Source of the DNA: an uncultured Candidatus Rokubacteria bacterium
GTDB taxonomy: Bacteria; Methylomirabilota; Methylomirabilia; Rokubacteriales; DASRDR01
Assembly (NCBI GenBank): GCA_963826115.1
Contig: CAWGVS010000005.1
Coordinates: 320,001 to 384,000, forward strand
DNA length: 64,000 nt
Direction: 5' to 3'
Shown here: positions 8,262-19,100 of the stretch, piece after piece
Layout of the letters: each line of letters starts with the position of its first letter
Numbering within the stretch: the first letter of the stretch is position 1
Position numbers and translations under genes: made by a program
The notes under the pieces: model-generated
What the model was told of the DNA's origin: nothing
Seen by the model: the letters and a program-made list of their open reading frames with translations, nothing else
The model's database searches: none

Positions 8262-10208
8262 ATGACGACAGGAGCCCCCGACATCATCTGGCGTCCCACC
8301 CCCGAGATCGTCCAGCGCGCCCGGATCGGCCGCTTCATGCGCGCCCACGGGATCTCCACGCTGGCCGAGCTCCATCGCCGCTCCGTCGCCGACCCGGCGT
8401 GGTATTGGGCGGCCGTGGAGCGGGACCTGGGCGTCCGGTGGACGACGCCGTACGCGCGCGTCGTGGACGAGTCTCGGGGTGCCCCGTGGGCCCGCTGGTT
8501 TCCGGACGGCCGGCTGAACTTCGCCGAGAACTGCCTGGACCGTCACGTGGAGGCTGATCGGGGGGGCAAGCCGGCGATCGTTTGGGAAGGGGACGGCGGC
8601 GAGTCGCGAGTGATCACCTACGCCGAGCTGCTGGCCGAGGTTGCCCGGCTGGCGAACGCGCTCACGCAGCTCGGCGTCGGGGAAGGCGACCGCGTCGGGA
8701 TCTTCCTCCCCATGTCGCCCGAGGCCGCGATCTCGACGCTCGCGGTGGCCCGGATCGGCGCCATCTACACGCCCTGCTTCTCCGGGTTCGGGGCGGGCGC
8801 CGTGGCCTCGCGCCTCGCCGACTGCGAGGCGAAGCTCGTCATCACCGCCGACGGCTTTCATCGCCGCGGCCAGCTCGTGCGGCTGAAGGAGACGGCGGAC
8901 GAGGCCGTGGCCCAGTGCCCCTCGGTCCGGACCGTGCTCGTCCACCGGCGCCTCGGCCGCGAGATCCCCTGGGTGACGGGGCGCGACCACTGGTGGGACG
9001 AGGTCGTCGCCGGCCAGCCCGCCCGGGCACCGGCGCTCCCGGTCGAGGCCAACCAGCCGTTCCTCATCATCTACACCTCGGGGACGACGGGTCGGCCGAA
9101 GGGAGCGGTTCTCACGCACGGCGGCTTCATGATCAAGACCGCGCACGACTTCGCCTACTGCATGGACGTCGGCGAGGGCGATCGGCTCTTCTGGCTGACC
9201 GACCTCGGCTGGCTCATGGGCCCCATGACGCTGACCGCGGGCCTCTTCCTGGGCGCCACCACCGTGGTGTTCGACGGCGTGCAGGACCATCCCGGGCCCG
9301 ATCGGCTGTGGAGCCTCGTGGAGCGCCACCGCATCAGCGTGATGGGGATTTCGCCCACCGCGGTGCGCGCGCTCATGGCCCACGGGGTCGAGCCGGCGCG
9401 GGCGCGCGACCTGTCGTCGCTCCGCATCATCGGGTCCACCGGCGAGCCGTGGAATCCCGAGCCCTACCGGTGGCTGTTCGAGAACGTGGGGCAGGGGCGG
9501 GTCCCGATCATCAACTACACCGGCGGCACGGAGATCTCCGGGGGCATCCTGGGGTGCTTCCCGATCGCCCCCCTCAAGCCCTGCGCGTTCTCCGGGCCGA
9601 TCCCGGGCATGGCCGCCGACTGCTTCGGCGAGGACGGCCGGCCGGTGCGCGGCCAGGTCGGCGAGCTGGTGATCACCCGGCCGTGGCCGGGGATGACGGC
9701 GGGGTTCTGGCGCGACCCGGAGCGCTACGAGGAGACGTACTGGTCGCGCTGGCCCGGCGTCTGGGTCCACGGCGACTGGGCGCGCGTGGACGACGACGGG
9801 TACTGGTTCATCCAGGGCCGCTCCGACGACACGCTCAAGATCGCCGGCAAGCGGCTCGGTCCGGCCGAGGTCGAGTCCGCGCTGGTCGGCCATCCCGCGG
9901 TCGCCGAGGCGGGCGTCATCGGCATTCCCCACCCGATCAAGGGAGAGGCGGTGGTCTGCTTCGTCGTGCTGCGCCCCGGCCACGCGCCGGCCGAGGCTCT
10001 CCGGACCGAGCTCGTCGACCGCGTGGCCGGCGTGATGGGCAAGGCGCTCAAGCCCGAGAAGGTCCTGTTCACCCGTGACCTCCCGAAGACCCGGAGCGCC
10101 AAGATCATGCGCCGGGTGATCCGGGCGACGCATCTCGGCCAGCCGGTGGGCGACGTGTCGTCGCTCGAGAACCCCGGGGCGATCGCCGCGATCTCCGAGG
10201 CCAGCTGA
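8262..10208 (+). CDS. Acetate/short-chain acyl-CoA ligase (AMP-forming)
   Basis: YTSGTTGRPKG, GEPWNP, GRSDD, LPKTRSAKIMRR. Confidence 0.92.
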   Translation: MTTGAPDIIWRPTPEIVQRARIGRFMRAHGISTLAELHRRSVADPAWYWAAVERDLGVRWTTPYARVVDESRGAPWARWFPDGRLNFAENCLDRHVEADRGGKPAIVWEGDGGESRVITYAELLAEVARLANALTQLGVGEGDRVGIFLPMSPEAAISTLAVARIGAIYTPCFSGFGAGAVASRLADCEAKLVITADGFHRRGQLVRLKETADEAVAQCPSVRTVLVHRRLGREIPWVTGRDHWWDEVVAGQPARAPALPVEANQPFLIIYTSGTTGRPKGAVLTHGGFMIKTAHDFAYCMDVGEGDRLFWLTDLGWLMGPMTLTAGLFLGATTVVFDGVQDHPGPDRLWSLVERHRISVMGISPTAVRALMAHGVEPARARDLSSLRIIGSTGEPWNPEPYRWLFENVGQGRVPIINYTGGTEISGGILGCFPIAPLKPCAFSGPIPGMAADCFGEDGRPVRGQVGELVITRPWPGMTAGFWRDPERYEETYWSRWPGVWVHGDWARVDDDGYWFIQGRSDDTLKIAGKRLGPAEVESALVGHPAVAEAGVIGIPHPIKGEAVVCFVVLRPGHAPAEALRTELVDRVAGVMGKALKPEKVLFTRDLPKTRSAKIMRRVIRATHLGQPVGDVSSLENPGAIAAISEAS

Positions 10209-10281
10209 CCGCGCGCCGCTGACCGCCCCGGCCTCATTGCGTCCTTTCGGTCGCGATCCGCCTCCAGTAGAATCCGGGCCG

Positions 10282-11622
10282 ATGCGTGGGCCCGCCCAGG
10301 CCGATCGTGGTGTCCCTCTCAGAGTCGCCTGCCTCTCCGAAACCTATCCGCTCCTGACCTTCACCGTGGTCTGGCGCGAGGCCCAGGCGCTCCGCGCCCA
10401 GGGGATGGACGTCGAGCCATTCTCGGTGTGGCGGCCCTCGCCCGGCGAGGCCCTCGGGGGTGGCGAGGTGTCCCGGACCTCGTATCTCGCCGAGGCAGGT
10501 GCCCGGGAGATCCTCGGGGCGCATGCGGTGCTCCTCGCGACGCGCCCGGCGCGCTACGTGAGGGCGGTCCTGCTCACGCTCCGCACCGGCACTCCGGGGT
10601 GGGGCCGTCGCCCCGGGATTCGCCGCCTGACCTGGGCCGCCCTCCTGGTCCGGCAGATGCGCGCGCGCGGGCTCGCGCACCTGCACGTCGACGGGACGAG
10701 CGCGGGGTCGGCCGTGGCCATGATCGCGGCGGAGCTCGGCGGGATCCCCTTCAGCGTCACGGTCCACGGCCCGCGGGCCTTCTTCATGGTGAAAGCGCGT
10801 CACCTCGACGAGAAGCTGCGGCGCGCGCGCTTCGTGCGCTGCATCAGTCACTTCTGTCGGAGCCAGTGTCTCCTGTGGGTGTCCCGGGATCACTGGCCGC
10901 GCATCCATGTCGTCCATTGCGGGATCGACACCGCGGACTACGCGCCCCGGGTCCACGAGGGCGCCGGCTCGCACGTTCTCTTCGTCGGGCGCCCCGGCGT
11001 CCGGAAGGGTCTGTCGTTCCTGCTCGAGGCGGTTGCCCGTCTCCGTGCCGAGCGGCCGGACGTCCGGCTCACGGTCGTCGGCGATGGGCCCGAGCGTGCG
11101 GAGGCGGAGGCCACCGCCCAGGCGGCGGGCATCGGCGATCGCGTGCAGTTCACCGGGTACCAGTCCTCGGCGCAGGTCGCCGAGTGGCTGTCGAGGGCGG
11201 ACGTGTTCGTGCTGCCGAGCCTGGCCGAGGGCGTTCCGATCGTCCTCATGGAGGCGATGGCGGCCGGGGTGCCGGTGGTGGCCACCAATGTCGGCGGGAC
11301 GAGCGAGCTGGTGGTCGACGGTGAGAACGGGTTCCTGGTGCCCCCGACGGTGACCGACGCGCTCGTGTCCCGGATCGGCCAGCTCCTGGACGACCCGGAG
11401 CTGCGGGGGCGCCTCGGACGCGCCGGCCGGGAGACAGTGGTCCGCGATTTCAGCCTGGAGCGGAATACGGCGCGTCTGCGCGACCTTCTCGCGAGCGCGG
11501 TTGCCGGCGAGGGGACTACCGAGCCGGAGGGCGTCGTGGCGTCGCACGGTCCGGCCGGCTCGGTTTCCACGGAGAGCGGATCACGGCAGCCTCACGTGGC
11601 CGCCGGCGACCCGACGAAGTAG
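10282..11622 (+). CDS. Glycosyltransferase family 4 (WcaL-like)
   Basis: TFTVVWRE, SVTVHG, GR...KG, LPSLAEGVPIVLMEAMA. Confidence 0.9.
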   Translation: MRGPAQADRGVPLRVACLSETYPLLTFTVVWREAQALRAQGMDVEPFSVWRPSPGEALGGGEVSRTSYLAEAGAREILGAHAVLLATRPARYVRAVLLTLRTGTPGWGRRPGIRRLTWAALLVRQMRARGLAHLHVDGTSAGSAVAMIAAELGGIPFSVTVHGPRAFFMVKARHLDEKLRRARFVRCISHFCRSQCLLWVSRDHWPRIHVVHCGIDTADYAPRVHEGAGSHVLFVGRPGVRKGLSFLLEAVARLRAERPDVRLTVVGDGPERAEAEATAQAAGIGDRVQFTGYQSSAQVAEWLSRADVFVLPSLAEGVPIVLMEAMAAGVPVVATNVGGTSELVVDGENGFLVPPTVTDALVSRIGQLLDDPELRGRLGRAGRETVVRDFSLERNTARLRDLLASAVAGEGTTEPEGVVASHGPAGSVSTESGSRQPHVAAGDPTK

Positions 11623-11717
11623 TCGACGTCGGCCCGGCGCCGGACGCGCCCGGCGGCCGTCACCGTGGCGCCGGCGCCCTCGAGCCTACCTCGGGGCCGA
11701 CGCGGTCGTGCCCGGCC

Positions 11718-12686
11718 TTAGCGGGGCGGAACGACGACGTCTCGTGGCCGGCCCGCCAGGAAGTGCTCGACGTTCTCCACCGCGCGGAGGAGCCCCGCGT
11801 CGATCACCTCGCGGGTGTTCCCGCCGTTGTGGGGCGTCAGCACGACGTGCTGGAGGCCGAGGATCGGGTCGCCGGCGGGGATCGGCTCCTCGTGGAAGAC
11901 GTCGAGCCCCGCGCCGGCGATGCGGCCCTCGCGGAGCGCGTCGACCAGCGCGGCCTTGTCGACGAGGCCGCCGCGCGCGGTGTTGACGAGGAACGCCGTC
12001 GGCTTCATCAGCGCGAGCCGGTCTCGCCCCAGGTAGTTCTGCGTGTCCGCGCTCAGCCGGAGGTGGAGGCTCACGATGTCCGACTCGCGGAGGAGCGTCT
12101 CGACCGGAACGTGTCGCGCGCCGGCCTTGGCCGACCGGCCCCCGTCCGGCCCGTAGGTCGCCGCCAGGAGGCGGACGCCGAACGGTTGCAGGAGCTCCGC
12201 GACCCGTCCACCGATCGCGCCCAGGCCGATCAGACCCACGGTCTTGCCCTCGAGCTGGACCAGCTGCGCGCGCGGCCACTGGGCTGCCCGGGTCTCGCGG
12301 TCCATGGTCCCGATGCGGCGCGTGGCGGCGAGCATGAGCGCGAGGGTGTGCTCGGCGACGGCGTGGGCGTTGACTCCGGGCGTGTTGGTCACCGCAACGC
12401 CGCGGGTCCGGCACGCGGCGAGATCGACGTTGTCGGTCCCCGTGCCCCAGATCGAGATGAGCCGGAGGCTCGGGCAGGCGGCGAGAACGCGGTCCGTGAA
12501 CTTCGCGTGGGCGCGGATGTTGATCACGACCTCCGCGTCGCCGATCCGCCGGACGAGCTCCGCCTCCTGGTCCGCCCCGCGCTCGGTGTGCACGGTGACC
12601 TGACCCAGCCCGCGCAGCCTCGGCTCGGCGGCGGAGCCGGTGAAGGCGGCGGGGAAGTCGTCGGGGACCACGATCTTGAGGCTCAT
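11718..12686 (-). CDS. D-2-hydroxyacid (phosphoglycerate-like) dehydrogenase
   Basis: GLGAIG, VNTARG, GLDVFHEEP, LTPHNGG. Confidence 0.9.
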   Translation of the reverse strand: MSLKIVVPDDFPAAFTGSAAEPRLRGLGQVTVHTERGADQEAELVRRIGDAEVVINIRAHAKFTDRVLAACPSLRLISIWGTGTDNVDLAACRTRGVAVTNTPGVNAHAVAEHTLALMLAATRRIGTMDRETRAAQWPRAQLVQLEGKTVGLIGLGAIGGRVAELLQPFGVRLLAATYGPDGGRSAKAGARHVPVETLLRESDIVSLHLRLSADTQNYLGRDRLALMKPTAFLVNTARGGLVDKAALVDALREGRIAGAGLDVFHEEPIPAGDPILGLQHVVLTPHNGGNTREVIDAGLLRAVENVEHFLAGRPRDVVVPPR

Positions 12687-12750
12687 CGGAGAGGCTCCCT
12701 TTGGCGGTGGTAGTGGGGTCGGTGAATGGGAGGGTGGCGCTCCACGCGGC

Positions 12751-13926
12751 TCACTCCGCGTCCGGAGCCTTCGAGCCTGGCTCCTCGCCGGGCAGTAACG
12801 GCGCACGGCCACCGAAGCGGGCGGGGTCGAAGAGCGAGAGGTCCATCGACGGCCGGCCGTCGATGATCCACTCGGCGACCAGGCGTCCGGTCGCGGGCGA
12901 GTGCTGGAAACCGTGGCCGCCCCAGCCGACGGCCAGGAAGAAGCCCTCGACGCCCGGCGCCCACCCGATGATCGCGTGGTCATCGGGCGTGAGGGGTCGG
13001 AGACCGGCCCAGCCGCCCGCGATCCGCGCGCGCTCGACGATCGGGACGCGGTGGAGGGCCTTGGCGACGGTCTCCTCCATCCTGTCCCAGTCGACGGGCG
13101 CGACCTGGTCGTCTCCGATGTCCTGGACGTCGCCGGGGCTCAGCAGGAGCTGCTGCATCTCCTTGCGGAAGTAGAAGCCGCTCCCGGTGTCCGTCGTGAT
13201 CGGGACGGGGCCCGGTAGGTCGGGGAACGGATCCGTGTAGAAGATGTGACGGCGGCGGGGATAGACCGGCAGCGATAGGCCGGCCAGGCGGCCGACCCGG
13301 GCGGCGGCCGGCCCGGCGGCGTTGACCACCACCGGCGCGGCGATCGCGCCGTCGGACGTCGTCACGCCCCGGATGCGGCCAGTCTCCACGGTCAGCCCCG
13401 TCGTGTCGACGCCCTCGAGGATGCGCGCGCCGAGCTCGCGCGCCCGCCGCGCGAATCCGGCGGTCACCTCGGCGGGGCCCGCGACGCCGTCGTTGGGGCC
13501 CCACACGGCGGCGACCAGGTCGTCGACGTGGAGCGCGGGGACGATCGCCTGCGCTTCCTTCGGCGTGATTACCCGCACGTCCACGCCGAGGCGCCGCTGG
13601 AGGGCGATGCGCGTCTCGAATCCTCGGAGCGCCGCGGGGGTCGAGATGAGGAACAGGTAGCCGATGCGCTGGAAGCCCGGGTCGCCCCCGAACTCCTCCT
13701 TGAAGGTCTCGAGGACGTGCTGCCCCTCGAGCGAGAAGCGGATCTCGGGCTCCGTGCCGAACTGCGCCCGGATCCCGCCCGCGGCCTTGCTCGTGGTGCC
13801 GCTGCCGACAGTCTCCCGCTCGAGCACGACGACGTCGCGGACTCCGCGCCGGGCGAGGTGGTAGGCGATGCTGCAGCCGACCGCGCCTCCGCCGATGACG
13901 ATGACGCTCGCGGTCTTGGGGGTCAC
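12751..13926 (-). CDS. FAD-dependent oxidoreductase (DAO / sarcosine oxidase beta family)
   Basis: IGGGAVG, GTTSKAAGG, WAGLRPLTPD, GHGFQHSPA. Confidence 0.9.
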   Translation of the reverse strand: MTPKTASVIVIGGGAVGCSIAYHLARRGVRDVVVLERETVGSGTTSKAAGGIRAQFGTEPEIRFSLEGQHVLETFKEEFGGDPGFQRIGYLFLISTPAALRGFETRIALQRRLGVDVRVITPKEAQAIVPALHVDDLVAAVWGPNDGVAGPAEVTAGFARRARELGARILEGVDTTGLTVETGRIRGVTTSDGAIAAPVVVNAAGPAAARVGRLAGLSLPVYPRRRHIFYTDPFPDLPGPVPITTDTGSGFYFRKEMQQLLLSPGDVQDIGDDQVAPVDWDRMEETVAKALHRVPIVERARIAGGWAGLRPLTPDDHAIIGWAPGVEGFFLAVGWGGHGFQHSPATGRLVAEWIIDGRPSMDLSLFDPARFGGRAPLLPGEEPGSKAPDAE

Positions 13927-13990
13927 TCAGTTCCCTCCACGCGCGGCGCTTCAACCGCGCGTCGAGCGGCGGGGACCGTGTCCGTGCGCA

Positions 13991-15946
13991 TCAGAGCGCG
14001 CGGGCGACGCGGGTGCCGTCGAGCATGGCGTCGTGGATGCGGCGGGGGGAGACGGCGTCGCCGACCAGCCGGAGCTCCGGGACGCGCCCGTCGAGCTCGT
14101 GGTACAGGGTGTCGTTCGCCCTGCCGCCGAACGAGAGGACGACGGTGTCGGCCTCGATGGTCGCCTCGGCGCCGGAGAACGTGTGCCGCGTCCGGAGGCC
14201 GCCGGGCACGATCGCCTTGGCGGCCGTGAGCGGCTGCAGCACCACGCCCTGCTCGAAGAGGCGCGCGTAGATGTCGGAGCGGATCCCCTCGTCGATGTCC
14301 TCGCCGACCATGAAGTACTTCGAGATGAGCGTCACCTGGCAGCCCTTGCCGGCCAGGAGGTCGGCCGTCGTCGGCGCCGCGTAGTGACCGTCCTCGTCGA
14401 CGACCACCACGCGCCGGCCGGGGGTCACGCGGCCGAGCAGCGCCTCGACGGTGGTCGTGACGTGCGGGAGGTCCACGCCCGGCAGGTCCGGGATGCGCGC
14501 GGTCGCGCCCGTCGCGACGATCACCGCGTCGGGCTCGAGCGCGAGCACGGCGTCCGCCGTCGCCCGCACGCCGAGGCGCACGTCGACGCCGGCCTTGTCG
14601 ACCTGGCGGCCGAGCCAGTCGGCGATCTTCGCGTAGTCCTCGCGCTTCGGCGCCTTCGCGGCAGCGAGGATCTGGCCGCCCAGATCCCGGGTCGCCTCGA
14701 GGAGCGTCACGCGGTGCCCGCGGATCGCCGCCACGCGCGCGGCCTCGAGGCCGGCGGCGCCGCCACCCACGACCACGACCTTCTTCGGCCGATCGGCCGG
14801 GCGGATCACGCCGAGCTCGGCCTCGCGGCCGATCATCGGGTTCTGGACGCAGCCGATCGCCTTGCCCTGGCGGAGCCGGCCGATGCAGCCCTCGCTGGCC
14901 CCGACGCAGACGCGGATGTCGTCGACCCGCCCCTCGACGGTCTTCCGCGGCAGCTCGGGATCGGCGATCAGCGCCCGCGTCATCCCGACCATGTCGCAGA
15001 CGCCGGCGGCGAGGGCGGCCTCGGCCTGCTCGACCGTCATCACGCGGCCGGCGACGATCACCGGGACCTTGACGACGGAGCGCGTGAGGGCGGCCAGGTC
15101 GTTGAAGAGGCCCTTCGGATGGTAGAGCGACGGGGTGACCATCGCCTCGTACTTCAGCGTCTCGGGATTGGAGCCGCTCACCATCCAGTAGTCGGAGATC
15201 CCGAGGCCGTCGACCAGGCGCGCGACCTCGAGCAAATCCTCCCGGCTCATGCCGCCCGGGACGAAGTGGTCGCCGCTGTGGCGGACGCCGACGATGAACT
15301 CGGGGCCGACGGCGTCGCGAATGGCGCGCAGCACCTCGCCGATGAGGCGGCACCGGTTCTCGAGGCTCCCGCCGTACTCGTCCGTCCGCTTGTTGGTGAG
15401 GGGCGAGAGGAAGTTCTCGAGCAGGTGGCCGCCGTAGAAGGGGACGTCGCAGCCGTCGTAGCCGCCCTTCTGGAGCCGAACGGCCGCGGCCGCCCAGGCG
15501 TCCACCACCTCGCGGATCTCGCGTGTCGTCATGACGTGCGGCCACTCGCGGTGACGCTCCTCGCGGGTGTCCGACGGCGCCCAGAGCGGCACGCCCGAGT
15601 ACCAGGAGTGGCCGCGGCGGCCGCGGTGGGAGATCTGGGAGAGGCAGAGCGCGCCGTGGCGATGGATCGCGTCGCTCATCTGCCGGAACTGCGGGATGAT
15701 GCTGTCGTCCCAGTTGTTCACCTCGCCCCAGTCGTTCACCGAGGTGGGGTGGATGCTGGACGAGCCGAACATCATCACCGTGCCGCAGCCGCCCTTCGCC
15801 TTCTCCTCGTGGTAGCGGATGTAGCGGTCGGTGAGCCCGCCCTTGTCGCCGAACGCCGCCCCGTGCGGGGTGGACACAATGCGGTTCTTCGCCTCGCGGC
15901 GTCCGATCTTCACCGGGCTGAACAGCCGTCGGAACTCCGTGGTCAT
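13991..15946 (-). CDS. Old-yellow-enzyme-barrel FMN/Fe-S/FAD oxidoreductase (DgcA / N-methylproline demethylase-like)
   Basis: KNRIVSTPH, FLSPLTNKRTDEYGGSLENR, RALIADP, CVGASEGC...CVQNP, VVGGGAAGLEAA. Confidence 0.88.
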   Translation of the reverse strand: MTTEFRRLFSPVKIGRREAKNRIVSTPHGAAFGDKGGLTDRYIRYHEEKAKGGCGTVMMFGSSSIHPTSVNDWGEVNNWDDSIIPQFRQMSDAIHRHGALCLSQISHRGRRGHSWYSGVPLWAPSDTREERHREWPHVMTTREIREVVDAWAAAAVRLQKGGYDGCDVPFYGGHLLENFLSPLTNKRTDEYGGSLENRCRLIGEVLRAIRDAVGPEFIVGVRHSGDHFVPGGMSREDLLEVARLVDGLGISDYWMVSGSNPETLKYEAMVTPSLYHPKGLFNDLAALTRSVVKVPVIVAGRVMTVEQAEAALAAGVCDMVGMTRALIADPELPRKTVEGRVDDIRVCVGASEGCIGRLRQGKAIGCVQNPMIGREAELGVIRPADRPKKVVVVGGGAAGLEAARVAAIRGHRVTLLEATRDLGGQILAAAKAPKREDYAKIADWLGRQVDKAGVDVRLGVRATADAVLALEPDAVIVATGATARIPDLPGVDLPHVTTTVEALLGRVTPGRRVVVVDEDGHYAAPTTADLLAGKGCQVTLISKYFMVGEDIDEGIRSDIYARLFEQGVVLQPLTAAKAIVPGGLRTRHTFSGAEATIEADTVVLSFGGRANDTLYHELDGRVPELRLVGDAVSPRRIHDAMLDGTRVARAL

Positions 15947-16017
15947 GTCAGGGCTTCCTCCAGTGCGGGACGAGCCGGGCGGACTCCGCTTCGGCCGGAC
16001 CATCGCGCTGTTTCCGA

Positions 16018-16078
16018 GACCAGACGGAGGAATCGCCGCGGACTTCCGGCAGGTCGGTCCGCGGTTCTCCGTTCGGTC
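16018..16078. other. Long imperfect stem-loop in the intergenic region upstream of the OYE operon
   Basis: Nested complementary blocks GACC/GGTC, CGGAG/CTCCG and CCGCGGAC/GTCCGCGG. Confidence 0.6.
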
Positions 16079-16115
16079 AAACTGTATAACGCGAAGCCAT
16101 GACGCGGAAGGGCCG

Positions 16116-19100
16116 CTACCGCTGGCTCGTGAATCTCTCGGCCTTGTCTAGCCAGAGGCGCATCTCCATCTGGCGATACATGGCCACCGCGGTGGCCAGG
16201 TGCTCTTTCGCCGTCGTCGTACCCCCGGTTCCGCGGCGGAGGGTGCCGAGGCCGAGGTGACAGTGGGCGACGAGCGGACGCATCCCGAGCTCGGTGGCGA
16301 GGCCCAGGGCTGCGTCGTAGTGCGCTTCGGCCGCCGGCACGTCGGGACGGTCGCCATGCGCGGCGATCTCACCGAGGAGCCGAAGGGCCCACGCCTCGGA
16401 GCCACGGTGGCCGCGCTCGCGGGCCAGGGCGAGGCAGCGTCCCGCCTGCGCGAGGGCGTCCTCACGGCGGCTCTCGAGCAGGTATGTCTCGCCGAGGTGC
16501 GCCAGCAGGGGCGTCCGCCACTGGACCATGCTCATTTCTTCCATGGCCGCCCGAGCCTCCTCGAGCACCGCCAGGCCCTCGGCTGTTCGGCCAGACAGGG
16601 CGTACGCGTAGCCCAGCTGGTCCGAGATGTCCGGCGACAGCTGAGGGAGATGCCGTTCGCGGGAGAGCGCGAGACCTCGCTCGGCCGGGGGGATCGCGAG
16701 ATCGAGGTTGCCTCTCGCGCCGTGGACTTGGCTTAGGCCCCGCAAGGCGTTGATCAGAGTGTAAGGGTGGTCGAGGATTTCGGCGAGTCGGACCGCTTCC
16801 TTTGCCTCGGCCAGACCACGGTCGAACTCGCCGCGCTCGGCGAGGGCAAACGCCCAGAAGAAACGAGACATCGCGACCGGGAAGCCGGCGAGGCCGCAGC
16901 GCTCGCGGAATCGATCGCCCTCGAGTAGCTCGAGGATCCGGGAGAAGTACTCGTCGACCCGCCGGTAGTCGCCAGCGACGAAATAGGCCGAGCCGAGATA
17001 GTAGTTCGCGGCGACGGCGAGCTGCAGATCGTCGACTCCCCGGGCGATCGTCAGGGCGCGCTCAGCGAATGGGGGCGCATCCGCCGCATGCCCCGTCTGG
17101 CGCGTGTGCTCGCTGAGGTACGCGGCGATCCAGCCAAGCCGTCGCCGGTCGCCCAGCGTGGTGGCCAGGCGCTCGGCGTCCTGGAGATGCCCGAAGCCGA
17201 CCTCGAAGCGGCCGAGGGGCCAGAGCGCGTTTCGGAGCGCGAGCCGAACGTCGATGCCCTGCTCCATCGTCTCGCCAGTCTCGGGCAGATGGGCCAACGC
17301 CGCCAGCGCCTGCTCGTAAGCGGTGACCGCCTCGCGGTTCGCCGATCGGCCGAAGGCCTTCATCCCGGCCTGCCGGAGGTACGCGAGCCCCTTGTCCCAG
17401 AGCTCGCCGCGGATCGCGTGGTGAGCCAGCCGTTCGACGTGCTCCGTCAGACGCTCGGTGTGGAGGGTCTCAATGGCCTCGACGATCCGGGCGTGGATCG
17501 CGCGCCGGCGGTCCTGGAGGAGACTCCCGTACGCGACCTCGTGGGTCAGCGCGTGCTTGAAGGTGTACTCGAGGTCCGGAAACAGGCTCGTCTCGTACAG
17601 GAACTCGGCCGCCTGGAGGTGGCTGAGCCCCCGGCGAAGGCCGTCCTCCGGCATATCCGCGACGGCGTGAAGGAGTGCGAACGGGACGTTCTTCCCGACG
17701 ACGGAGGCCGCCTGGAGCAGCCACTTGTCCTCGGGCGGGAGCCGGTCGATGCGCGCGGCGACAATCGCCTGTGCCGTCGCCGGGATCTGCCAGGTGTCCC
17801 CCGTCTTGGCCAGCCGATAGGCCCCGCGCTCGCCGACCAACACCTGGGTCTCCGCGAGGGTCCGGACACTCTCCTCCAGGAAGAAGGGATTGCCCTCGGT
17901 CCGCTCGATCAGGCGCTGCTTGAGTGGCTCGAGGGCCCGGTCCGTCCCGAGCAAGGCGGCGAGCAGCGCACCCGCGCTCTGGGGCGGCAACGGGTCGATC
18001 CTCAGCTGGAGGTAGTAGGTCTTGCGGCCCCAGGGGTGCTCGTACTCGGGGCGGTAGTTGACGAGGAGCAGGATGCGCGCCGTCGGCAAGCTCTCGATGA
18101 CCCCGTCGAGCACCGCCTGGGTCTCCGAGTCGATCCAGTGGAGATCCTCGAAGAGCACGAGCAGCGGTTGGATCTGGCTCTCCCGGAGGAGGAGCTGCTT
18201 GACCGCGTCGAGGGTGCGTTGCCGCCGCTGGGCCCGGTCGAGAGCGTCCCAAGCGGCATCCTCCACGGGGACGTCCAGCAATTGCAGCAGAGGCGCCAGG
18301 AGCGGCTCCAGCGCTCGATCCAGCATGAGGAGCTTGCCGGCGACGCGCTCGCGGACCACGCGCGGGTCATCGCGCTCCTGGATCCGGAAATAGCCCTTCA
18401 GCAGTTCAATGACGGGCAGGTATGGTGTGGCCTTTCCGTAGGAGACCGCGCCGCTCTCCAGAGTGAGCCAGCCGTGAGTGCGATGCGATCGCGTAAACTC
18501 CCAAGCGAGCCGAGATTTCCCCACACCGGCCTCGCCCACCACGGCGACCACTTGCCCCTGACCCTCGGCGGCGCGATCGAGCGTCTGGGCGAGCTGCTGC
18601 AGCTCGCCCTCGCGGCCGACGAAGCGGGTCAAGCCACGGGCAGCGCTGGCCTGGAGCCGGGAGCGGGCCGGCACGCTCCCGGTCAGCTCATAAACGGGCG
18701 TCGGGGTCGCGAGCCCCTTCACGGGGACGGCGCCGAGCGGTCGCACCTGGACGTAGCCCTCGGCGAGCTTCAGGATGTCGCCGGTGACGAGCGTGGAGCC
18801 GGGCTTGGCCATCTGCTCCATTCTGGCGGCGAGGTGTGTCGTCTGCCCGACGGCGGTGTAGTCCATGCGGAGGTCGCTGCCGATCGAGCGCACGACCACC
18901 TCACCCGAGTTGAGGCCCACGCGGATCTGCACGGGCGTCCCGCCCGCGCGCTGAATCTCGTCGGCGTAGAGGGAAACTCGGCGCTGCATGCGCAGGGCGG
19001 CGTAGCAGGCGCGGACGGCGTGGTCCTCGTGCGCGATCGGGGCTCCGAAGAGCGCCATGATCCCGTCGCCCATCACCTGGTTGACCGTCCCCTCGTAGTG

